A stretch of DNA of 64,000 bases from NCBI GenBank assembly GCA_040755855.1, contig JBFMAD010000007.1, forward strand, positions 96,001-160,000. The letters run 5' to 3'. This stretch comes from Planctomycetota bacterium (lineage in GTDB: Bacteria; Planctomycetota; Brocadiia; JAADGH01). The translations under genes and the position numbers were made by a program. Shown here piece after piece: positions 19,148 to 27,473 of this stretch (position 1 is the stretch's first letter; every line of letters starts with the position of its first letter). The notes beneath the pieces are model-generated. The model did not search any database, was not told where the DNA came from, and worked only from the letters and a program-made list of their open reading frames with translations.

Positions 19148-19862
19148 TTCCTGCTTTCCGTAGGCGATCCACCTCGGTCCGCGTGAGGCGGCGGAATTCG
19201 CCCGGCTTGAGGCGCGGGTCCTCGATGCCCGCGATGGCGGTGCGTCTGAGGCGTTTGACGGAGTATCCCAGGCGGACGAGCACGCGGCGGACCTCCCGAT
19301 TCTTGCCCTCGCGCAGGACCACTTCGAGCCAGGTGAAGCGGCCATCCCTGCCCCCGATGTGCGCCTGAATGCCCGCCGTGCGTCCCTCGGCCAGGTAGAT
19401 TCCCTTGGATAGTTTCTCCAGGTCCTTTGCGTCGGGCCGACCCTCGACCTTCACCAGATAGGTCTTCTCCACGCCGTAGCGGGGATGGGCCAGACGGTTG
19501 GCCAGCGCCCCATCGTTGGTGAGAATAATCAACCCCTCCGAGTCCACGTCCAGCCTCCCAACGGGATAGATGCGCTGGGGGATGCGCTCGGCCAGGAGGT
19601 CAATGACCCGCTTCTTCCCCTCCGATGCGCTGGAGCAGATGTACCCCCGGGGCTTGTTGACGATGAAATAAACCTTCTGCTCGGCGCGGAGGGGCGCACC
19701 GTCAAAGCGGATGTCGTCGGCGTTGGCGTCGGCCTTTGTCCCCAGCTCGGTCACGACCTTTCCCCTTACGGATATCCTTCCCTCCATGATAAGCTGCTCG
19801 CATCTCCTTCGGGAGCCGATGCCGGCGTCGGCGAGTATCTTTTGGAGCCTGATCTGCGCCAT
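19110..19862 (-). CDS. rluB: rRNA pseudouridine synthase (RsuA/RluB family)
   Basis: RLQKILA..G..SRR S4 domain, NKPRGY, GRLDVDSEGL, EGKNREVRR. Confidence 0.9.
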   Translation of the reverse strand: MAQIRLQKILADAGIGSRRRCEQLIMEGRISVRGKVVTELGTKADANADDIRFDGAPLRAEQKVYFIVNKPRGYICSSASEGKKRVIDLLAERIPQRIYPVGRLDVDSEGLIILTNDGALANRLAHPRYGVEKTYLVKVEGRPDAKDLEKLSKGIYLAEGRTAGIQAHIGGRDGRFTWLEVVLREGKNREVRRVLVRLGYSVKRLRRTAIAGIEDPRLKPGEFRRLTRTEVDRLRKAGNERDTASIRKSE

Positions 19863-19866
19863 GACA

Positions 19867-20862
19867 TCAACCCGGGACAGGGCAATAGGAGCGCAGGACC
19901 TCCATGCCTTGGTCGCTTCGCAGGCTGCAGGGATGGATGCAAGCGGGGAGGAGGATCGTCTCGCCCAGCGTGAGGGGCATTTCGCCTCCAGGCCATGTCA
20001 GCATTCCGGCCCCGCCGATGGTCGAAAGAATCTCAAAGGACTTGGCGCCTCCGACTTCTATGGGGATTGCCCTCACGTCCAGCTTTTCATAGACGAACTT
20101 GTCGCACTCGATCAGGCGAAGCCTGCCCTTGCCGACTTTTTTCGGCTTCTCCTTGGATCGGTGGTTTGCGGCGAAGTCAATCACGCTGAGGGCCTCGTCA
20201 ACATGGAGCGGCCTCGGCTTGCCGTCCTCCCCCGGCCGGTCCCAGTCGTAGAGGCGGCATGTGAGGTCAGACGTCTCCTGGATCTCGGCGATTATGATGC
20301 CGGGACCGATGGCATGAACCGTTCCGGGCGGCAGATAGATCACGTCGCCCTTCTTCACGGGGATCCAGTTCAGGCATTTAGATACGTCCCCCACCTTGAT
20401 GCATTCCTCAAACTCCTCGCGGGGGGTGGCGGGTTTGAGGCCGAGGATCAGTTTCGCGCCGGGGTCGGCATGGAGAACGTACCATCCCTCGGCCTTGCCA
20501 TTGTCCTCGTGATGGTGCATAGCCGCGTGCTGGTCGTCGGGGTGGACTTGGACGGAGATCACGTCGTTGGCGTCAATGAACTTGAACAGAAGCGGCAGCG
20601 CCGGGCCGAATTCCTTGGCTACTTTCGGCCCAAGAATCTCAGCCGGGAGGGCATGGAACAGCTTTCGGATGGTGACGCCTTCGTATTCCCCTTCGCGGAC
20701 GACGCTTACCTCTGTTTGATAGTCACAGACCTCCCACGATTCGCCGATCTTTTTTCCTCGCGGCAGGTTCTTCCCGCACACGGAGCGGAGGCGTTGCCCG
20801 CCCCAGATCTTCTCGTGGAACACATCGCTGAGTTTAAATGGATACAGTTTCGAAGCCTTCAT
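19867..20862 (-). CDS. manA: Mannose-6-phosphate isomerase, class I
   Basis: EKIWGG, IGESWE, SVQVHPDD, GKAEGW, GTVHAIG, EIQETSD. Confidence 0.9.
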   Translation of the reverse strand: MKASKLYPFKLSDVFHEKIWGGQRLRSVCGKNLPRGKKIGESWEVCDYQTEVSVVREGEYEGVTIRKLFHALPAEILGPKVAKEFGPALPLLFKFIDANDVISVQVHPDDQHAAMHHHEDNGKAEGWYVLHADPGAKLILGLKPATPREEFEECIKVGDVSKCLNWIPVKKGDVIYLPPGTVHAIGPGIIIAEIQETSDLTCRLYDWDRPGEDGKPRPLHVDEALSVIDFAANHRSKEKPKKVGKGRLRLIECDKFVYEKLDVRAIPIEVGGAKSFEILSTIGGAGMLTWPGGEMPLTLGETILLPACIHPCSLRSDQGMEVLRSYCPVPG

Positions 20863-20897
20863 TTCATTACGACCAGTTCACGAAAAGCATATAGTTG

Positions 20898-22043
20898 TTA
20901 CTGTTCCTGCACGTTTACCGTCGGGGGCGCGACATAGTTAAGGAAGCGGTCCGCCACCTTGCCCTTGGCCGCATCGCCCGAGTGGAAGTAGACCCTGTAA
21001 TTAAACTCCAGCCGTTCACCGGCCTCGACTTCAAGGCTGCCGTCCCGCCCACGGCCCGGCTCGAAGTGTGACAGCCCAAATGGGTTCGCCGTCATCAAGC
21101 CGTAGCTGCGCACGTGCCAGTAGGTCGGGTAGCGGAAGTTGTTCGGATTGTCGAAGATGGCGATGCCGACGGTCTCCCCGTCCACGGGGCCGGAGTAGTC
21201 GCACCAGTGGGCGCGCTTGCCCCAGGTCTCCTTCTCGCCTGTTCCGCCGTAGGAATTTACGATTATCCCGCCTTTGCCGGCCTTCTCATCCATGGAGGAG
21301 GCGACGCGGATGGAGCAGATGCCGCCTTCCTTTGTGTCGCCGAAACGCACCTTGCCCTCCGTCATGCGAAGGGCCACTCCGAGGTCCACGAACCGACACT
21401 TGGCCGGTGTAGCATAGACGCGGACGGTGCGGATTTCCTCGAGGAGCTTCTTGCCCTGGTTGTCCACCCAGTCGTTCCGGGCGATGATCTCGCCATATAC
21501 AGGGCCTTCCTTGACGGCGAGGAACTCCTTGTGGACCATGCAGCCGTGGCCCTCGGTCTCGCTCCACACGTTAGCGCCGTTGACATCGCCCCAGGCGACG
21601 TAGAATGACTTGTGATGCGGGTGGTCCTGGGTCTCGCCCTCGATCCCCTGCAAAACGGGGTAGGCCCGGGTGATCGGTTTGTCGTTCGGCCCCATGACGG
21701 GGTGAAGGAACGGGCGCGCCCACTTTGCGGCGAACTGGTAGCTGGAGAAGAGCTTGCCGGAGATGAGGATGTCCACCCGCTCGTTCTCCACCATGTTGAG
21801 TTTCACGCGCGCCGCGCGTTTCGTGGAGCCGATGTTGGTACGGAGGACGTACCCCTTTTGGGTGCCGGCGAGGAGTTTTTCCTCGATGAAATAGACCTTT
21901 CCCCCACTGGCCTGGCAGGCGACGGTTTTGTTTTTGCTGCAGTCGGTCAGTTCGACGTCGCCTTCGGCCCCGGGAACATCCAGCATGACGGGGGCGTTGA
22001 TGCAATCGTGCGGCCCGGCAAGGACGATCAGTTTTCGTTCCAC
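20898..22043 (-). CDS. DUF6807 (PmoA-like) family protein; not a methane monooxygenase
   Basis: RPFLHPV, DHPHHKS, GDTKEGG, YPTYWHVRSYGLMTANPFG; AAGGAG RBS. Confidence 0.8.
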   Translation of the reverse strand: MERKLIVLAGPHDCINAPVMLDVPGAEGDVELTDCSKNKTVACQASGGKVYFIEEKLLAGTQKGYVLRTNIGSTKRAARVKLNMVENERVDILISGKLFSSYQFAAKWARPFLHPVMGPNDKPITRAYPVLQGIEGETQDHPHHKSFYVAWGDVNGANVWSETEGHGCMVHKEFLAVKEGPVYGEIIARNDWVDNQGKKLLEEIRTVRVYATPAKCRFVDLGVALRMTEGKVRFGDTKEGGICSIRVASSMDEKAGKGGIIVNSYGGTGEKETWGKRAHWCDYSGPVDGETVGIAIFDNPNNFRYPTYWHVRSYGLMTANPFGLSHFEPGRGRDGSLEVEAGERLEFNYRVYFHSGDAAKGKVADRFLNYVAPPTVNVQEQ

Positions 22044-22072
22044 GCTACGGCTCCTTTTATCTTGTGAAAAAT

Positions 22073-22894
22073 CTATACAATCCCAGCGAGGGACTGTTGC
22101 AAGTATTCATAGCTCTTGTTGGCGATCGTCTCCGGATCGGGCTTGAAATCAAAAACCTCCACGGAGACATAGCCCTGGTAGTCAATGTTCTTCAACGCAT
22201 TCATAATAGGGACGAAGTCGGTGTCGCCAAAACCCGGCCCGCGCAAGTTCGCGTCGTTGGCATGGAAATGGGCCAGGTGCGGGGCGGACTCCGCGATAAT
22301 GTCGGGGATTTCCATCACCTCATCGCTCATGGCCTTCACATCGAGGAGCAGCCGGAAGTTCGGGCTGCTCACTTCTTCAATCATGCGGATCGCCTCTTGG
22401 TGTGTGTTGATGAAGTTCGTCTCCGTCCGGGCCAGGGGTTCGACACAGAGCGTCACCCCTTTCTTCTCCGCCATTTTGGCGCAGGCCGAGAAGACCTGCC
22501 GGGCATAGGACCATGCCTTTTCGAAGGTCAGGTCCTTGTGAACGCTGCGTTGCTTGGGCGATCCGATGACCATGATCTTCCCGCCCAGGTCGGCGCAGAA
22601 GCCGATCAGGTCGGTCATAAACTCCAGGGTTTCCTTCCGTATCTTTGCATCGGGATGGTTGATATACATCCCGCCGGGTTTGACCAGGAGCCAGTGGAGG
22701 CCGACGATCTCCACTTGCGACGCCTCGGCGCTCTCCTTGATCCGTTTTCGTTTCCCTGCGTCCATCCGTCGAATGTCATCGGCGAGGGTGAACGGAGCGA
22801 TCTCGACGCCGTTGTATCCGACGTCCGCGGCGAACCGAAACACGTCGTCAATCTTCCAGCCCGTACAGAACTCGTTGCAGATCGAGAACTTCAA
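22073..22894 (-). CDS. Sugar phosphate isomerase/epimerase (D-psicose 3-epimerase-like TIM barrel)
   Basis: GVEIAP, EPL...ETNFINT, LDVKAM, HFHAND..LRGPGFG, SVEVF; GGAGG RBS before TTG 22894. Confidence 0.88.
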   Translation of the reverse strand: MKFSICNEFCTGWKIDDVFRFAADVGYNGVEIAPFTLADDIRRMDAGKRKRIKESAEASQVEIVGLHWLLVKPGGMYINHPDAKIRKETLEFMTDLIGFCADLGGKIMVIGSPKQRSVHKDLTFEKAWSYARQVFSACAKMAEKKGVTLCVEPLARTETNFINTHQEAIRMIEEVSSPNFRLLLDVKAMSDEVMEIPDIIAESAPHLAHFHANDANLRGPGFGDTDFVPIMNALKNIDYQGYVSVEVFDFKPDPETIANKSYEYLQQSLAGIV

Positions 22895-22925
22895 GACGCT
22901 TCCTCCCTGAACCACTCCCGCCGCA

Positions 22926-23432
22926 CTATTTTCCGCCCTTCTGAGACAGCTCGTCGCTCAGCATCCGCAACAGCGGTCCGAACAGGTCGCGGTTGCGTTT
23001 GTCAATCAGGAGCAACTGTTCATGCGCCTCTCGAATAAACCCGACGCGATCCATGTCGGGGATGTCCTCTTCCTCCAAGCGGAACATCTCCACATCGGGG
23101 GTTTCGACGGGCTCGGACTTCAGGTGTACGAACTTCGTCAGCCCGACCACCTCGAGGGAGCTCAGGCACTCCTTGCCGCAGTTGACGATGGTCACCTTCG
23201 GCCCTTTGCGGTCGGGGCCATGTGTTGCGATGCCCGCAATCACCCCGAGAAATGTGCTGTCCATCCCCTCGCACTTGACCAGGTCAAAGACGACCTCCTT
23301 GTAGCCGGAGTCGAGCAGTCCCCCACACAGATCGAGGAGGGCCATGGAATTATTCATGGTGCCAAGGCCGGTCACCTTGACGTAGATCATTTTTTCGCAG
23401 AGGGCTATATCAATCGTTCCGTCGTTGGACAT
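22926..23432 (-). CDS. STAS-domain anti-sigma-factor antagonist
   Basis: DLVKCEGMDSTFLG with phosphoacceptor Ser; C-terminal AHEQL..IDKRN..F extension. Confidence 0.85.
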   Translation of the reverse strand: MSNDGTIDIALCEKMIYVKVTGLGTMNNSMALLDLCGGLLDSGYKEVVFDLVKCEGMDSTFLGVIAGIATHGPDRKGPKVTIVNCGKECLSSLEVVGLTKFVHLKSEPVETPDVEMFRLEEEDIPDMDRVGFIREAHEQLLLIDKRNRDLFGPLLRMLSDELSQKGGK

Positions 23433-25127
23433 CTATTTCCTGTTCCGAGCGTCATCGAGCATTTCGCGCGCCTGCTCGATGGTAACCTTCGTGGAGCGAT
23501 CCCCCCGGATCATCTCGGCAATTTCCACGATGCGCAGTTCCTCTTCCAGTCTTTCTACCCTACATCGGGTCCTTTCGTCAACAACTTCTTTCGTCACCCG
23601 ATACTGCTGGTCCGCAAAACTTGCAATCTGGGGGAGGTGCGTCACACAAAACACCTGGTGCGAACGGGCGATGGCCCACAGCCGGTCCCCGATCGTCCGG
23701 CCGATCCGCCCGCCCACGTTCGCATCCACCTCGTCGAACACTAGGAGCGGCGTCCGGTCGGCCTTGGCCAGGTTGTGCTTCAACGCCAGCATAATCCGCG
23801 ACATCTCCCCGCCCGAGGCGATCTTTCGCAACGGTTTCAGGTACTCCCCCACATTGGGCGAGATCATAAACTCGACCGCGTCAAATCCGGTCGGGCCGGC
23901 CGCGTCCAGCGCCCTGCCTTGATCTCCCTCAGCCGCAGCGACCTGCGCCTCGAAACGCCCGTTGCGCATCCCCAGTCCCTTCAGTTCCTTTTCCACCTGC
24001 CGGCTCAACTTTTCGGCCGCTGCCTTTCGCTTTGCCGTGAGTTCCCTGCCAAGGCGGACCATGCCGGCGATGAACTCTTGCAGCCGCTCGTCGGCGAGAG
24101 CCAGCTCCTCGGTCTCGGCGGATAACTCCCGAAGCTCCCCCGCGATGGCGTCGCGCCGATGGAGGACCGCGGAAATGGAGTCGCCGTGCTTCAATTTCAA
24201 TTTCCGGATGAGGTCGAGCCGGGCCTCGATCCGGTCCAGGGCCGCCGGGTCGAACTCCGGGCGGTCGGCGCATGCGCGCAGGGCCAGGGCCAGGTCCTCC
24301 ATCTGGACCAGACACTGCTCGCAGGCCTCCTGGGCCGCTTTCAACTGCCGGTCGAGCTCCGCGATGTCCTCCAGCTCCCTGGCGACGCCCTTGAGCTTCT
24401 CGGCCAATGAGCCTTCGGACTCGTAGAGGACTTCGTACGCCGTCCGCGTCACCGACTCGATCCGCTCGGCGTTGACGAGGAGACGGCGCTCGGCTTCGAG
24501 CCGTGCTTCCTCGTCCGCCCCGAGGCCAGCCTCATCAATCTCCTCCAGCTCGTGCTGGAGGAGTTCCATCCGGCGGCGGCGCTCGTCGCGGCGGGCTGCC
24601 AGATCCTCCCGGCGGCGGCGCTGCTCGACGGCCTTTCGGTAGGCGACCTCGAAGTCCGTGCGCAGATCCTCGACCCCCGCAAACCGATCCAGCAGCAGCC
24701 GCTGCTCGGCAGGCTGAAGCAGGTTTTCGTGGTCCTGCTGGCCATGAATCTCGATAAGGCGGCGACCCACGTCGCGGAGCATGGCGACGGTCACCGGACG
24801 ACCGTTAAGGCGACACCGGCTCCGCCCCTCCACGTCCACCGTCCGGCTGATGACCATCTCATCCTCAACGTCCGTACCCAGGATGCCGCCGAGTTCCTCG
24901 CGAAGGGTTCCCCCCGGCAGATCAAAGACCCCATCCACCGACGCCTCTTTCGCTCCGGTGCGAACCTGCCCCGCCGAGGCGCGCCCCCCAAGCAGGAGCT
25001 GCAGCGCGCCGATGAGCAGCGACTTGCCCACACCAGTTTCCCCCGTCAGGACATTCAGTCCCGGGGAAAACTCGACCCGGGCCTCTTCGATCAGGGCGAA
25101 ATCTTTGACACAGATCTCGCGGAGCAT
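23433..25127 (-). CDS. recN: DNA repair protein RecN
   Basis: TGETGVGKS Walker A, IHGQQDH, ASGGEMSR, FDEVD, VTHLPQIA. Confidence 0.96.
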   Translation of the reverse strand: MLREICVKDFALIEEARVEFSPGLNVLTGETGVGKSLLIGALQLLLGGRASAGQVRTGAKEASVDGVFDLPGGTLREELGGILGTDVEDEMVISRTVDVEGRSRCRLNGRPVTVAMLRDVGRRLIEIHGQQDHENLLQPAEQRLLLDRFAGVEDLRTDFEVAYRKAVEQRRRREDLAARRDERRRRMELLQHELEEIDEAGLGADEEARLEAERRLLVNAERIESVTRTAYEVLYESEGSLAEKLKGVARELEDIAELDRQLKAAQEACEQCLVQMEDLALALRACADRPEFDPAALDRIEARLDLIRKLKLKHGDSISAVLHRRDAIAGELRELSAETEELALADERLQEFIAGMVRLGRELTAKRKAAAEKLSRQVEKELKGLGMRNGRFEAQVAAAEGDQGRALDAAGPTGFDAVEFMISPNVGEYLKPLRKIASGGEMSRIMLALKHNLAKADRTPLLVFDEVDANVGGRIGRTIGDRLWAIARSHQVFCVTHLPQIASFADQQYRVTKEVVDERTRCRVERLEEELRIVEIAEMIRGDRSTKVTIEQAREMLDDARNRK

Positions 25128-25152
25128 CGCTGTGGCAATCTCTCCTCAAAGA

Positions 25153-25476
25153 TTACTGCACGGCTGTGCCCGCAGGCACATCCTTGTCCGGGACGAGCAG
25201 GACGACTGCACCGTCGCCGGCGACGGCCGCCAGGATCATTCCGTTGCTCTCGACGCCTCGCAGCTTGGCGGGGGCAAGGTTATTCACCACTACGATTTTC
25301 TTTCCCACCAGTTCCTCGTTGCTGTAGTGGCCCCTGATGCCGGCGACGATCTGCTTCTGCTCGCCGCCGACGTCAATCTGCATCACCGTCAGCTTGTTGG
25401 CGTTCGGATGGTCCGCAGCGGATTTGATTTCCGCAACCCTGATCTCCAGTTTCTTGAATTCGTCAAACGTGACCAT
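25153..25476 (-). CDS. Stand-alone tRNA-binding OB-fold protein (MetG C-terminal/Trbp111/CsaA family)
   Basis: MVTFDEFKKLEIRV, HPNANKL, QIVAGI, NLAPAKLRGVESNGMILA. Confidence 0.9.
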   Translation of the reverse strand: MVTFDEFKKLEIRVAEIKSAADHPNANKLTVMQIDVGGEQKQIVAGIRGHYSNEELVGKKIVVVNNLAPAKLRGVESNGMILAAVAGDGAVVLLVPDKDVPAGTAVQ

Positions 25477-25548
25477 TTGTGTCGTTCTCCCAGCAAGATT
25501 CCCTTGGATGCTCTGCCGAAAACGCAATTCTAACACGGTTGATTGCGG

Positions 25549-26289
25549 CTACCAAGTAAAAAATCCGGCGTGTAGGAGGATGGTGTAGAGGATCTTTACG
25601 CCCGCGCCGATCGCGCCGCGCAGCGTGCCGCTGATCTTTGATTCGCCGATCCGGACGCGATACGAGACGGGGACCTCGCACGTCTTCAGGCCAAGGCGGG
25701 CCGCCTTGATCTGCATCTCGATCGTCCAGCCGTACCCTCGGTCGCGTATCTGCATCGCATCGAGCGCCGATCGCCGAACGGCCCGGAAGGGGCCGAGGTC
25801 CGTGTAAGTAACATGGAGCAAGACCCGCATAAGGAAGCAGGCAAGTTTATTCCCGAAGCGCGCCTGGACGGGCATGGATCCTCTCTCCCGGCGGCCCAGG
25901 GAGCGCGAGCCGATGACGAGATCGGCCCGCCCCTCGCGGATGGGATCGAGGAGGAGCGCCATCTCGTCGGGGTGGTCGCTGTAGTCCCCGTCGAGGAAGA
26001 CGACGATTTCCGTCTTCGGATCGAGCACGGCGATCCCTCGCAGACATGCGGCGCCGTAACCGCGCTCCGGCTCGCGGACCACCCGCGCCCCCGCGGCGCG
26101 GGCCATCTCGGGGGTTGCGTCGGTCGAGCCGTTGTCTACAACGATGATCTCGTCGGCCAGGTCTGCCGGGATGTCGGCGATGACCCGGCCGATGGCCCGT
26201 TCCTCATTCAGGGCAGGGATGATGACAGATACGCGCAGTGTGCTTGGTTGGGGTGACGGAGTAATGGAGTGTTGGGGTGATGGGTGCAC
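25549..26289 (-). CDS. Glycosyltransferase family 2 (start uncertain; N-terminus overlaps octamer repeats)
   Basis: VIIPALNEE, VVDNGSTD, GYGAAC, FLDGDYS, TDLGPFRA. Confidence 0.88.
   Translation of the reverse strand: MHPSPQHSITPSPQPSTLRVSVIIPALNEERAIGRVIADIPADLADEIIVVDNGSTDATPEMARAAGARVVREPERGYGAACLRGIAVLDPKTEIVVFLDGDYSDHPDEMALLLDPIREGRADLVIGSRSLGRRERGSMPVQARFGNKLACFLMRVLLHVTYTDLGPFRAVRRSALDAMQIRDRGYGWTIEMQIKAARLGLKTCEVPVSYRVRIGESKISGTLRGAIGAGVKILYTILLHAGFFTW
26249..26284. repeat. Degenerate octamer tandem array (TGGRGTRW-like units x4)
   Basis: TGGGGTGA CGGAGTAA TGGAGTGT TGGGGTGA TGGG. Confidence 0.7.
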
Positions 26290-26311
26290 GAGTCAATCAA
26301 GCACAATAGGG

Positions 26312-26346
26312 AATCCTCCCGGAGGTTGGATGCCTCCGGAAGGATT
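26312..26346. repeat. Inverted repeat of the same family as 17776-17808
   Basis: AATCCTCCCGGAGG-TTGGATG-CCTCCGGAAGGATT, one mismatch. Confidence 0.65.
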
Positions 26347-26354
26347 GAGATCCA

Positions 26355-27335
26355 TCAGACCAATGACTCTATCTTGACCGGCTTGCCCGTCTCCATGGAC
26401 TTGTTCGCGGCCGTGGAGAGCTGCAGCGATCTTACGGCGTCGGCGTAGGGCGACTTGATCTGCGACGCATCGCCCGTCCTGACGGCGTCAATGAAGGCCT
26501 TGTCAATGGCAAGCTGATAGTTATTTTCCACCACGCTCTGCTCCGGCTCTGCGCCCTTGCGGTGGACGGTGGTTGACTTGCGCTCCTTGTATTCGATGAA
26601 GCAGTCCTTGCAGAAGATGTCCAGACCGCCGCGGTTGCCCACGCTCAGGAAGCAGGCCGAGAAGACAACGGCCACGAGGCCGCTCGCGAAACGCAGTGTG
26701 ACGGCCGAGGCGTCCTCGATGTCATAATTCTCCACGTCCGCCATCAGGCCCTTCGTGCCGCCGGCATAAACCTCCGCCACCTCGCCGAAGAGGTAACGGC
26801 ACATGTCGAAGATGTGGGTCGTCTGCTCGACGGCCTGTCCGCCCGATTGGGCCTTCACGCGCCACCAAGCCACACCCGGCATCCCGCCCATCCAGTAGCC
26901 CATCACCATGCCCGGCTTGCGCTCGCGGAGGAGGCCCTGGAGTTTTTCGATGATGTCGAGGTAGCGGTCCTGGTAGCCGGTGGCCGTGATGAGGCCGGCG
27001 TCTTTGATCTTCTTGGCGAGCGCCGCCGCCTTACGCGCGTCCACATGGACGGGCTTCTCGACGAACATGTGGAGGCCCTTCTTGATGACCGCATCCTCGA
27101 TCTTGCCGTGGGCGAAGGGGGGCAGGCAGACGTAAACCGCGTTGAGGTCTTCCTTCCTGAGCATCTTGCGGTAGTCGGTGTATGCCTTCGCGTTATGCTC
27201 CTGCGCCGCCTGCTGAACCTTCTCCTCCACCACATCGCACAGGGCGACGATTTCCACATCGGGAAGCTGGGTAAGGTTGCGCCTGTGCATCTTGGAAATG
27301 CCGCCTGTGCCGATGAAACCAACCCGAACCGCCAT
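26355..27335 (-). CDS. Gfo/Idh/MocA family oxidoreductase
   Basis: GFIGTGGI, HMFVEKP, SGGQAVEQTTH; GAGGAGG RBS. Confidence 0.92.
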   Translation of the reverse strand: MAVRVGFIGTGGISKMHRRNLTQLPDVEIVALCDVVEEKVQQAAQEHNAKAYTDYRKMLRKEDLNAVYVCLPPFAHGKIEDAVIKKGLHMFVEKPVHVDARKAAALAKKIKDAGLITATGYQDRYLDIIEKLQGLLRERKPGMVMGYWMGGMPGVAWWRVKAQSGGQAVEQTTHIFDMCRYLFGEVAEVYAGGTKGLMADVENYDIEDASAVTLRFASGLVAVVFSACFLSVGNRGGLDIFCKDCFIEYKERKSTTVHRKGAEPEQSVVENNYQLAIDKAFIDAVRTGDASQIKSPYADAVRSLQLSTAANKSMETGKPVKIESLV

Positions 27336-27361
27336 ACGATTTCCTCCTCATAAGAATAATG

Positions 27362-27389
27362 AAAAACTCCCGCCCTTGGGAACGGGAGT
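27362..27389 (-). terminator. Intrinsic terminator after the ECF sigma/anti-sigma operon
   Basis: Minus strand ACTCCCGTTC-CCAA-GGGCGGGAG-TTTTT. Confidence 0.65.
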
Positions 27390-27473
27390 GCACTACTACA
27401 ATCCAAACCGAGCGGGCAAGTCAAGGAAAAAATTGGGTGGGATATGCAGCAGGACCCGGGGTTCACCAATACC

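Noticed and set aside
19148..19345. N-terminal extension of thiC in the ORF track (497 aa)
   Set aside because: Overlaps rluB; ThiC homology starts at MNVTQL (19147), which has an AGGA RBS.
20898..22043. PmoA label suggesting methane oxidation
   Set aside because: Soluble DUF6807-type protein with no TM helices and no pmoB/pmoC neighbours.
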